Assembly (NCBI GenBank): GCA_041486085.1
Contig: JBGPKU010000005.1
Span: forward strand, 16,402-80,401
Reading direction: 5' to 3'
Length of the DNA: 64,000 bases
Origin: Candidatus Limnocylindria bacterium
GTDB taxonomy: Bacteria; Chloroflexota; Limnocylindria; P2-11E
Position numbers and translations under genes: made by a program. A model generated the notes under the pieces. That model saw only the letters and a list, made by a program, of their open reading frames with translations, did no database searches and had not been told where the DNA came from. Below, one piece after another: positions 1 to 8,844 of this stretch (positions are counted from its first letter, which is position 1; each line of letters begins with the position of its first letter).

Positions 1-453
1 CGCGCCGTCGTCCGAGTGGCCCGCGGGATCGACGAGGCGAGCGAGCACACGGACGCGGTAGCCGGCCGCACCGGCCGGCGGATCGATCGGCACGGCGACG
101 AGAGCACGCTCCCCGGCCTGGACCGGCCGGCTATCCGTCGTGGCGAGCTGGCGTGTCCGCGTGGCGGCGGAGGCGTAGTAGGCGACGCGCACGAAAGCTT
201 CGCGGACCGCCTCATCGGCGACGGCGAGGCGCACGATGAGCGTCGTGCCGGCTGGCGGGAGCGGTCGCAGCTCGCTCTCGATGCCCCACGCCCGGCCTCC
301 GGGAATGCCTATCACGAGCGCTCCGGCAGAGTCGTCGAGCGCTGCGCGGGGCGTCGTCCGGCGGAAGCGCGGTGGCCCGTCCTCGGCCGCGGCACCGGTC
401 GTGGTCGCGAGAACGCTCGCGAGGCACGCGATCACGATGAGCGAGCGCTTCAC
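1..453 (-). CDS. Secreted hypothetical protein, truncated at the window edge
   Basis: Manual translation from GTG at 453 gives MKRSLIVIACLASVLATTTGAAAEDG..., a signal-peptide-like start. The frame stays open to position 1. A TAGGGT -10-like hexamer lies 6 nt upstream. Confidence 0.65.
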   Translation of the reverse strand, partial: MKRSLIVIACLASVLATTTGAAAEDGPPRFRRTTPRAALDDSAGALVIGIPGGRAWGIESELRPLPPAGTTLIVRLAVADEAVREAFVRVAYYASAATRTRQLATTDSRPVQAGERALVAVPIDPPAGAAGYRVRVLARLVDPAGHSDDGA

Positions 454-617
454 CCGGTCACCCTACGCGGAGAGGCAGCCTGTGTCCGCCCGGATGCGCG
501 CGTCGTTGTCGCACGTCCGTGCGCGGCGTCGTCGCACGTTGGTGCGACGCGATCACCCCACGCGGCGCGCGGCGATCACGCACCCAGACGCTGTGAGAAC
601 CGCCGCCTGCTGGAGCC

Positions 618-3587
618 TCAGACGAGCGTGATCTGATACGTGCCGATCTCGTAGGGAGCGAGCCGCATGACAAGCGTGCCGTCCTCGATCTGCGGCGGAG
701 TCGCGGTGCGGATCACATCAAGACCGGTGTTCCCCAGAACGGTGTCGCCCTCGCGCAGATCCACCGCGCGCGCATCAGCGACCGGCCCCGCGAATCGCAG
801 CGAGGCGCTCTCGTCTCCGCCGCGCGGATTGAAGAGTCGGAGGATCAGCGTGCCGTCCGGGCCCGCGCGCAGCGCGGACACCTGGAGCGCGCTGTCGCGC
901 GGCAGATCGACGAGTGGACCGGCCGCGTGCGCGCCGCGAACGACGCGCGCCGGTGTCAGGAACTCGCGGATCTCGCGTCCGGCGCGCGCGAGCGTCATGT
1001 CGCCGGCCAGCGGCACGACGCAGTAGCGGTAGGTCCGCTCGCCGATGCCCTGAGCGCTCGGGGTCTCGAGCGCGGGTCCGGCGTGGCCGCGCCGCTCCGG
1101 CATGTCGCCGCGAGAGAGCCAGCCCACCGCGCGCAGCAGCGTGACCGCGATCGTCCTGCCGTCGTGCAGCACCGCGTACTCGCGCATGCCGTCGACGCCG
1201 ATGGCGATCGCGCCGTCGATGGCGACGAGGTCGTGGACGCAGCGCTCGGCGGTGGGCTGTTCGATCCATCCGCTCCGACCGGATACGCGCGTAGTGCGAT
1301 CGAGCCACCCGAACGCCGCACCGGCGACGTGCGTCAGAGCTCGCGTGCCCGTCTCACACAGCACTCGCAGCCGATGGTCGCGCGCGGTGTTGTCCACCGT
1401 GAGCGCGACGTCCACACGGCGCGCGCCCGCGTCGAGCGAGATCTCCGCGTGGATCGCGCAGCCGACGACGACGGGGGACCTCGCGAGACGGTCCTCGCGC
1501 AGCCCGACCGGCAGATCGAGCGACAGCTCGACGATGACCGTGGCGCGATCGCCCGCGACGACTACTCGTCGAGCGCCGACGATCCCCTGCGAGCCGACGG
1601 TGGGGCCCGCGTATGAATAGGTGTACTCGTCACCCTTGTCGCCGTCGTCCACCAGGAGGTTCTGCCGGCCACTCCGTGTCCCGGTGGCCCGATCGATGAC
1701 GACGAAGGTGCCGTCCCTCCCGACCTCGACGCGCAGCGCCTCGTTCTCGACCACGCCGTCTTCGGGCGACGCCACACCGCCGCCGGGCGCCCGCTCCGCG
1801 ATGACGGCGCCCAACGCGGCGCACCGGACCCGGGTGAGGGTGCCATCGAACTCGACGACGGCCTCACGCCTCCACGGCAGGTCGTTCCAGATCATCGCTC
1901 GGCCGCCGTCGCCGAGCAGCTGCCGTTCCAGTCGCGCCGCGAGCGCTTCGCCGGCCAGGCGCACCCGCGCGAAGCGCGGCGCCATGTCGAGGTCATGGAC
2001 CGCGTCGATCGAGCAGCCGCAGATCGAGTCGTGCGGATGGTTCTGCAGCAGGGTGCGCCAGAGAGCGCGGATCTCTTCTCGGGCGGTGCCGCCAGTGAGC
2101 GCATCGAGGGGCTCGCAACGCTCGAGCAGCAGACGCTCGCAGGCGACGTTCTCCTGCTTGATCCACACGCGTGTGGAGTTGACGCCACGGAGGATCGGCC
2201 GGTAGCGGCCGCTGATGATCTCGCCGGCGTGGGAGGTCGAGGGCGGCGGGACCGCGGCGATGTACTCCTCGAGTCCGCTGATCCGCGCGTCGAGGTTCGG
2301 GGCAAGCTGACGCATCGCCGCGACGACCTCGGGCAGGCGTTCATACGCCTCGACGTGATCGTCGCCCTCCATGAAGAGCAGATTCGGGCTGTTCGCGTAA
2401 CGCGTCGGAATGTCGAGCATCTTCGGGAGTCGACGGCGCACCCGCGCGCGAAGCTCCGCAACCGTCTCGGAGAGCTCGCCGACGAGCGCGAGCCCGCCGG
2501 CGTAGTGATCGACCAGATGCGAGGCGAGCACGCGATCGCCGGACGGCGACTCCCACATGAACTCGGCGCCGAGCTCCTCGCCTTCGTCGCCGATGCCGCG
2601 CGAGAAGACGTAGGTCCCGTAGCCGAAGCCACGCAGGAGCTGCGGGAGCTGGGCCGGATGGCCGAACGGGTCGGCCACGTACCCAACCCGAAGCGCGCGC
2701 CCGAAGGACGACGACACGCGCAGGCCTTCTTGAAAGTTCCGGACGAGCGATTCGCCAGAGACGAGCAGGTTGTCGGCGAGCACGTACCACGGACCGACGA
2801 ACAGACGCTCCGCCCGGACGAGGGCCGCGACGCGGGCTCGATCGGCGGGACGCACCTCGAGGTGGTCCTCGATGGCGATGGTCTGTCCGTCGAAGGTGAA
2901 CGATCGGAAGTCCGGATCCCGCTCGAGGAGGTCGAGGAGCTTGGACACCATCGGCACCAGGCGCGCGCGATAGCCCTCGAAGCGCTCGTACCACTCGCGA
3001 TCCCAGTGGGTGTGCGGCACGACGAAGACGCGCCAGCGCGCGCGCCGGCGGACCAGCGCGACGATGCGCGGGGCGAGGAGACCCGACGCCGTGCCGATCG
3101 CCGCGCCGGCGAGCACGTCGAGCGGGCGGTGTACGCCCACGGCGACTCGCTCGAAGCAGACGGCCAGCGCCATGAGGTACGCGGGCCAGCGCCAGCGCGG
3201 TGCGACCGACGCGAGCGCCACCGCCGCGCCGGTCGCGAAGGCCGCGTCACCCGAGGGGAACGCGAAGCTCGAGGGAGGCTCGATCAGCGTCGGCGGAAGG
3301 TCGAGCAGCAGGTTGAAGGGACGCGGCCGGCGGACGACTGGCTTCAGCACCAGCTCGGTGACCGCCCACCCCGTCAGTATCCCGAGGTAGACGGTGAGCA
3401 GCGCCCACCAGCCGCGGCGGCCGAATCCGCGCGCGCGAGCGAGCCACAGCCCGGCGACCCACCACAGGAGACCGTTCCAGTTGATCCAGTAGACCACGAC
3501 GGCGAGCGCGGATAGCACGGGCGACGCGACGGCCGCGTTGAAGATCGCGCGATAGAGCTGGTCGTCGAGCGCGAGCAGTCCGTCCAC
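618..3587 (-). CDS. Fusion of a PAP2-family membrane phosphatase and a GH38 alpha-mannosidase (MngB-like)
   Basis: The hydrophobic N-terminal ~180 aa carry the PAP2 motifs KPVVRRPRP, FPSGD and ERVAVGVHRPLD. They are followed by the GH38 motifs VVPHTHWDREWY, VGPWYVLAD, ADPFGH, NHPHDSICG and TLLRAVGWLSRGD. Confidence 0.9.
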   Translation of the reverse strand: MDGLLALDDQLYRAIFNAAVASPVLSALAVVVYWINWNGLLWWVAGLWLARARGFGRRGWWALLTVYLGILTGWAVTELVLKPVVRRPRPFNLLLDLPPTLIEPPSSFAFPSGDAAFATGAAVALASVAPRWRWPAYLMALAVCFERVAVGVHRPLDVLAGAAIGTASGLLAPRIVALVRRRARWRVFVVPHTHWDREWYERFEGYRARLVPMVSKLLDLLERDPDFRSFTFDGQTIAIEDHLEVRPADRARVAALVRAERLFVGPWYVLADNLLVSGESLVRNFQEGLRVSSSFGRALRVGYVADPFGHPAQLPQLLRGFGYGTYVFSRGIGDEGEELGAEFMWESPSGDRVLASHLVDHYAGGLALVGELSETVAELRARVRRRLPKMLDIPTRYANSPNLLFMEGDDHVEAYERLPEVVAAMRQLAPNLDARISGLEEYIAAVPPPSTSHAGEIISGRYRPILRGVNSTRVWIKQENVACERLLLERCEPLDALTGGTAREEIRALWRTLLQNHPHDSICGCSIDAVHDLDMAPRFARVRLAGEALAARLERQLLGDGGRAMIWNDLPWRREAVVEFDGTLTRVRCAALGAVIAERAPGGGVASPEDGVVENEALRVEVGRDGTFVVIDRATGTRSGRQNLLVDDGDKGDEYTYSYAGPTVGSQGIVGARRVVVAGDRATVIVELSLDLPVGLREDRLARSPVVVGCAIHAEISLDAGARRVDVALTVDNTARDHRLRVLCETGTRALTHVAGAAFGWLDRTTRVSGRSGWIEQPTAERCVHDLVAIDGAIAIGVDGMREYAVLHDGRTIAVTLLRAVGWLSRGDMPERRGHAGPALETPSAQGIGERTYRYCVVPLAGDMTLARAGREIREFLTPARVVRGAHAAGPLVDLPRDSALQVSALRAGPDGTLILRLFNPRGGDESASLRFAGPVADARAVDLREGDTVLGNTGLDVIRTATPPQIEDGTLVMRLAPYEIGTYQITLV

Positions 3588-3605
3588 GCGTGGCTTCGGT
3601 CTGCG

Positions 3606-4238
3606 CTACCGCTTCACGTGACGCCAGACGAAGATACCGACGGCCGCGAGGATCAGCGCCGCAACGAGGTAATCGAGGCCCTTGAGCGAGTGCTTGAGCT
3701 CGAGCCAGTGATCGCCGAGGACCATGCCACCCCACACCAGCAGCATCACCCACGGGATCGCGCCCAGGATCGAGAAGAGCGTGAAGCGCCAGAGCGGCAT
3801 TCCGGCGATACCGGCGGGACCGGAGATGAAGGTCCGCACGATGGGAAGCATGCGCGAGAAGAAGACCGTTGCCTCGCCGTACGTTTCGAACCAACGCTCC
3901 GCGACCTCGAGGTCGTGAGCGCTGATGAGGACGTACTTTCCGTATCGCTCGACCAGCGGGCGACCGCCGAATGCCCCGATCGCGTAGGAGAGGAGCGACC
4001 CGGCGGTGTTGCCGATCACGCCCGCGATGACCGCGCCGGCGTATGACCAGGGCGCGTTCGTGAGAGGCTCGACGAGACCCCGCGAGACGCTCCACCCGGC
4101 GAAGGGCAGGATGAGCTCGGACGGGAGCGGTATCGCGGCACTTTCGATGGTCATCGCGATCACGACCCCGATGTATCCGAACTGCGAGTACAGCGAGTCG
4201 ATGAAAGGCAGCACGATGGCGTCGATGGCTTCGAGCAC
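3606..4238 (-). CDS. DedA family membrane protein
   Basis: Motifs ESAAIPLPSELILPFAG, VFFSRMLPIVRTFISGPAG and GAIPW are present. The start was moved to GTG 4238 because the longer ORF overlaps the opposite-strand gene. Confidence 0.92.
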   Translation of the reverse strand: MLEAIDAIVLPFIDSLYSQFGYIGVVIAMTIESAAIPLPSELILPFAGWSVSRGLVEPLTNAPWSYAGAVIAGVIGNTAGSLLSYAIGAFGGRPLVERYGKYVLISAHDLEVAERWFETYGEATVFFSRMLPIVRTFISGPAGIAGMPLWRFTLFSILGAIPWVMLLVWGGMVLGDHWLELKHSLKGLDYLVAALILAAVGIFVWRHVKR

Positions 4239-4286
4239 TTCCGTATGATGGCCGAGGGACGGGCAGGGCATCTCGAAGGAGGGCAC

Positions 4287-5513
4287 ATGTCCGTTCAAAG
4301 CGCGCTCGATGACCAGCTTCGCCAGGGGATCGCCCGGGTACGCAGGGCCGACCTGCTCGTCGGCATACCGAGCTTCCGCAATGCCGCGACCATCGGCCAC
4401 GTCGCGTCGACGGTCGCGCGCGGCCTGCGCGAGCACTTTCCCGATGCGCGGGTGGTCCTGGTCAACGCCGACGGAGGATCCGAGGACGGCACGCCGGACC
4501 GCGTCGTCGAGGCCGCGAAGGACATTCCGGTGGTCGTGGGACGCTACGTCGGCCCACCCGGAAAGGGATCGGCCTTCCGCGCCATCTTCGAGGTCGCCAT
4601 CGCGCTGGATGTGCGGGCGTGTGCGGTGGTCGACTCCGACCTTCGCAGCATCACGCCGATCTGGATCGAGCGTCTGCTCGGACCGGTCGTCCGCGCCGAG
4701 GCGGACTACGTGACGCCGATGTATGCGCGTCATAAGCACGACGGGACGATCACGAACTCGATCGCGTATCCGCTCACGCGCGCGCTCTACGGCTGGCGGG
4801 TCCGGCAGCCGATAGGCGGCGAGTTTGGCTTTCACTCCGATCTCGCGCGTACCTACCTCGCGCAGCCGGTCTGGGAGAGCGACGTCGCTCGCTTTGGCAT
4901 CGATATCTTCATGACGACGACCGCGCTCGCCCGCCACTCGCGCGTCGCGCAGGCATTCCTTGGGGCAAAGATCCACGATCCCAAGGACCCGGCAGCGGAT
5001 CTCGGGCCGATGTTCACGCAGGTCGTCGGCACGCTCTTCCGCATGGCCGCTGAGAACGAGCCGGAGTGGCGCGAGGTCATCGGGTCACGACCGGTGCGGG
5101 TCGTCGGCGAGCTCGCTGCGGTCGACCCCGAGGCGATCGCGGTCGATCCGCGCCGGCTGCGTGCGAAGTACGAAGCCTCCGCGCCCGAGCATCGCGCGCT
5201 GTGGGCCGAAGTGCTGTCGTCGCCCATACCGGCGGCCATCGGTCCCGACGCATGGGCACGGATCGTCTTCGACTTCCTCGAAGTGGCACTCGCGCACCCG
5301 GGCGAGAGCGAGACGCTCGCGCGTGGACTGCTTCCTCTCTACTACGCGCGGGTCGCTGAGTTCGTCGATGAGGCCAAGAGCCTGACCACGGCGCAGGCGG
5401 AGGACATCGTCGAGGTCGGCGCTCTCGCGATGGAGAAAGAGAAGGCGGAACACGCCGAGCTGGACCGAACTGGGCGGGAGGCGGAGCGGGCACAGCCGAG
5501 CGCGTCTGGATGA
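4287..5513 (+). CDS. GT2-like glycosyltransferase of the glucosylglycerate/mannosylglycerate synthase (Ggs/Mgs) type
   Basis: Motifs VGIPSFRNAATI, NADGGSEDGT, GKGSA, VVDSDLRSI, RQPIGGEFG, VARFGIDIFMTT and KIHDPKDP are present. A GAAGGAGG RBS precedes ATG 4287. Confidence 0.8.
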   Translation: MSVQSALDDQLRQGIARVRRADLLVGIPSFRNAATIGHVASTVARGLREHFPDARVVLVNADGGSEDGTPDRVVEAAKDIPVVVGRYVGPPGKGSAFRAIFEVAIALDVRACAVVDSDLRSITPIWIERLLGPVVRAEADYVTPMYARHKHDGTITNSIAYPLTRALYGWRVRQPIGGEFGFHSDLARTYLAQPVWESDVARFGIDIFMTTTALARHSRVAQAFLGAKIHDPKDPAADLGPMFTQVVGTLFRMAAENEPEWREVIGSRPVRVVGELAAVDPEAIAVDPRRLRAKYEASAPEHRALWAEVLSSPIPAAIGPDAWARIVFDFLEVALAHPGESETLARGLLPLYYARVAEFVDEAKSLTTAQAEDIVEVGALAMEKEKAEHAELDRTGREAERAQPSASG

Positions 5514-7627
5514 CCACGAGCCTCAAGGAAGACCAGCTCGTCCTCATCACCGACGACGACGGCAGCCTGCCGCTCGGCACCTCAACGCCACTCGGGCTCT
5601 ACTACCACGACACGCAGTTCCTCTCGGGCTACAGGCTCCGGATCAACGGTCGGGAGCCGCTCCTGCTGTCCTCGAACACCGAGCAGAACTACGTCGCGAC
5701 GTTCCAGCTCATGCACACCGAAGGCGGCGCGACGCACGGGACTGCGCGCCACGCAGCCGACACGCTCTCGATCCGCCGGACGCGTTTCCTCGCCGACGGG
5801 CTGCGCGAGCGCATCGGCGTGCTCAACGCGAACCCCAGGCCGGTGCGTCTGGTGATCGAGCTCGAGTTCGAATCCTCCTTCCGCGACATGTTCGCCGTCC
5901 GCGGCTACCACCAGGCGCAGACGGACGCGCCGGAGACAAAGGTCGAGCAGCGCGCGGAGGGCATCCTGTTCGAGCGCCTCGGCCGCGACGGCGTGCGCCG
6001 GACGAGCGAGGTCACGATGCGGCCGGCCCCCGACGCGATCGTCGGGACATGCATGCGCATCGAGCGCGAGCTCGCCGCGCAGCAGGTTCTGACGCTCGAG
6101 CTCTCGGTCATCCCACGCGAGGATGGCGCGGGCGAGGCGCCGTCGCCGAGTCGCTTCGACGACGCGCTCGACGCGCTCAACGCGAGGTACCGGCGATTCA
6201 TTCGCTCGTGCACGCGTTACACGACGAGCTCCGAGACGCTGGATGAGGGACTCATCGCGCGGAGCGCGCTCGACCTGCGCGCGCTCCTCGAGTTCCACGA
6301 GGGCGGTCCCTTTCCCACCGCGGGGATCCCGTGGTACGCGGTGCCCTTTGGCCGCGACGCGCTCATCTGCGCGTACCAGACGCTGGGGTGGAACCCCGAC
6401 CTCGCTCGCGGAACGCTACGTCTGCTCGCGCGCTACCAGGGCGTGAAGGTGGACGAGTACACCGAGGAGGAGCCGGGCAAGATATTCCACGAGCTCCGGC
6501 GCGGCGAGCTCGCGCGATTGGGCGAGATCCCGCACCGCCCCTTCTACGGATCGGTCGACTCGACGCCGCTCTTCGCGCTCCTCTTCGCCGAAACGGTGAA
6601 GTGGACGGGGGATCGCGCGCTGTGGCGCGAGCTCCTGCCGGCCGCCGAGCGCGCGCTCACGTGGAGCGACAGCCCGTACGGCGATCCCGATCGCGATGGC
6701 TACGTCGAGTACGGACAGCGCGGCGCGACGCTGCGCAGTCAGGGCTGGAAGGACTCGCAGGACTCGCTCTCGCAGCCGGACGGCAGCTGGTCCGCGCTTC
6801 CCGCGGCGCTGGTGGAGGTGCAGGCCTACGTCTATGCCGCGAAGACGGGCCTGGCGGATCTCTACGCGATCGACGGCGACTCCAAGCGCGCCGAACGTCT
6901 TCGGGCAGAGGCCGCGGAGCTGCGGGAGCGTTTCGAGCGCGACTTCTGGATGCCCGACCAATCCAGTTACGCGCAGGCGCTCGACGCGAAGAAGCGGCAG
7001 GTGCCGGCGGTGACGAGCAACGCGGCGCACGCGCTCTGGGGCGGCATCAGCACGCCGGAGCACGCCGCCCTGCTGGTGCGCAGGCTGATGGAGCCCGACA
7101 TGTACACCGGCTGGGGGCTGCGCACCCTGTCGTCGCGCTATCCCACGTACAACCCGATGAGCTATCACAACGGCTCGGTCTGGCCGCACGACTCCGCGAT
7201 CGCGGCGCAGGGCATGGCGCGATATGGCTTTCGGGAGGAGGCCAACGAGATCGTGAGCGGGCTCGTTGAGGCGGGCCGGCGCTTCCCCAATGCGCAGCTG
7301 CCGGAGCTCTTCTGCGGATTCCAGCGGGACCTGCGCTTCTCATCGCGCCCCGCGGACTACCTCGTGTCGTGCATCCCGCAGGCCTGGTCGGCGGGCATGA
7401 TCTTCCACAACCTGCGCACTCTGCTCGGGATGCAGCCGGACCTCCAGCGGCAACGCCTGCTGCTCGATCCGGCGCTGCCCGCGTGGCTCGACCGGATCGA
7501 CGTGCGCGACCTCCGCGTCTTCGACGCACCGGTCACGTTCCGCGTGCGGCGCGGCCGGAACGGCGACGATCGCGTCATCGGAGGGCGCGGCCGCGTGGCG
7601 CGCGCGACGGTCACATCGCCCGCCTGA
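5510..7627 (+). CDS. Amylo-alpha-1,6-glucosidase / glycogen-debranching-like (alpha/alpha)6 glycoside hydrolase
   Basis: Motifs GLYYHDTQFLS, AGIPWYAVPFGRD, EEPGKIFHE, QGWKDS, YHNGSVWPHDS and PQAWSA are present. Confidence 0.88.
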   Translation: MTTSLKEDQLVLITDDDGSLPLGTSTPLGLYYHDTQFLSGYRLRINGREPLLLSSNTEQNYVATFQLMHTEGGATHGTARHAADTLSIRRTRFLADGLRERIGVLNANPRPVRLVIELEFESSFRDMFAVRGYHQAQTDAPETKVEQRAEGILFERLGRDGVRRTSEVTMRPAPDAIVGTCMRIERELAAQQVLTLELSVIPREDGAGEAPSPSRFDDALDALNARYRRFIRSCTRYTTSSETLDEGLIARSALDLRALLEFHEGGPFPTAGIPWYAVPFGRDALICAYQTLGWNPDLARGTLRLLARYQGVKVDEYTEEEPGKIFHELRRGELARLGEIPHRPFYGSVDSTPLFALLFAETVKWTGDRALWRELLPAAERALTWSDSPYGDPDRDGYVEYGQRGATLRSQGWKDSQDSLSQPDGSWSALPAALVEVQAYVYAAKTGLADLYAIDGDSKRAERLRAEAAELRERFERDFWMPDQSSYAQALDAKKRQVPAVTSNAAHALWGGISTPEHAALLVRRLMEPDMYTGWGLRTLSSRYPTYNPMSYHNGSVWPHDSAIAAQGMARYGFREEANEIVSGLVEAGRRFPNAQLPELFCGFQRDLRFSSRPADYLVSCIPQAWSAGMIFHNLRTLLGMQPDLQRQRLLLDPALPAWLDRIDVRDLRVFDAPVTFRVRRGRNGDDRVIGGRGRVARATVTSPA

Positions 7628-8844
7628 CGCGACGCGCGAGGCGCATCCTGCTCATCCACTACACCACGCCCACCGTCGTTGGCGGTGTGGAGCAGGTGAT
7701 GGGCAAGCACGCCGGGGCGCTCCGCGACGCCGGCGCCGCCGTCACGATCCTGGCCGGGCGCGGCGGTGCGGCGCCGAAGGGCGTACGGATCGCGCGCGTG
7801 CGCGAGGCCGACTCGCGCACACCCACCGTCGAGCGGGACCTCGAGGCGCTCGCGCGGGGAGAGCGCACCGAGCGGCACGACGCGCTCGTCGATCGTCTGG
7901 TGAAGCGGGTGGGCACCGAATTCGAGCGGGCGGACCGCGTCGTCGTGCACAACGTGATGACCATGCCGCTGAACCTCGCCCTGACCGAGGCCATCGCGCG
8001 GCTCGCCCGCGCGCAGCGCGGAAAGACCATCGCCTGGACCCACGACATCGCCGGGTTCGACAAGCGATACGACGCGTTCCGCCATCCCGGCGAGCCCTGG
8101 GACCTCATCACGCGCGCCCTGCCCGGGATCCGCTACGTCACCGTATCGGAGACGCGCGCCGGACAGCTGAGCCAGCTGACCGGCCTGCCGCGGACCGCGA
8201 TCTCGGTCGTCCCGAACGGCATCGACGTCGCAGAGGTCCTCGGGCTGTCGATCGCCGGCGCGCGCCTCGCGCGGCGCCTCGGGATCATGGAAGCGGAGCC
8301 GCTCCTGATCCAGCCCGTCCGCCTGACACGGCGCAAGCGGGTCGAGGCGGCGATCGACGCCACCGCGGCGCTGCGCGCTCGCGGACGCGACGCGATGCTC
8401 GTGGTGACCGGCGTGATCGGTCCACACGACGCGCGGAACAGGACGTACCTCAAGGAGCTCGCGGCGCGCGCCGCGACGGTCGAGGGGGTGCGGCTGCTCG
8501 CGGCGATGGGGATCCGCATCCACTACGAGCAGGTCGTGGACCTTTACGCGCTGGCCGACGTCCTCGTGTTCCCGAGCGAGAGCGAGGGCTTCGGCATCCC
8601 GCTGCTCGAGGCCGGCATCCACCGGGTGCCGATCGTCTGCAGCGACATACCGGTGTTCCGGGAGATCGGCGGCGAAGGCCCGATCTACGTCCCGCCCGAC
8701 GCGAGCGGAGAGGTCATCGCCGACGCGGTCGAGCACGCGATGGACTCGCTGATCATGCGGACGCGGTCCCGTGCGCGCGCTCATGCCTGGCCGCGAGTCG
8801 TCCGCGAGCGCGTCCTGCCGGTGATCCTCGAGGACGCGCCATGA
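7624..8844 (+). CDS. GT4 family glycosyltransferase (MggS-like N-terminus); start uncertain
   Basis: Motifs ILLIHYTTPTVVGGVEQV, WTHD, QPVRLTRRKRVE and PSESEGFGIPLLEA are present. The nearest plausible start is an in-frame CTG overlapping the upstream TGA. Confidence 0.8.
   Translation: MTRRARRILLIHYTTPTVVGGVEQVMGKHAGALRDAGAAVTILAGRGGAAPKGVRIARVREADSRTPTVERDLEALARGERTERHDALVDRLVKRVGTEFERADRVVVHNVMTMPLNLALTEAIARLARAQRGKTIAWTHDIAGFDKRYDAFRHPGEPWDLITRALPGIRYVTVSETRAGQLSQLTGLPRTAISVVPNGIDVAEVLGLSIAGARLARRLGIMEAEPLLIQPVRLTRRKRVEAAIDATAALRARGRDAMLVVTGVIGPHDARNRTYLKELAARAATVEGVRLLAAMGIRIHYEQVVDLYALADVLVFPSESEGFGIPLLEAGIHRVPIVCSDIPVFREIGGEGPIYVPPDASGEVIADAVEHAMDSLIMRTRSRARAHAWPRVVRERVLPVILEDAP

Noticed and set aside
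16-636. Plus-strand 206-aa and 131-aa ORFs
   Set aside because: They are Arg/Ala-rich shadow frames. The minus-strand ORF from 453 has a signal peptide and more plausible composition.
4239-4976. Long N-terminal extension of DedA, as a possible fusion
   Set aside because: It overlaps the opposite-strand GT2 gene. DedA homology starts at about 4238.
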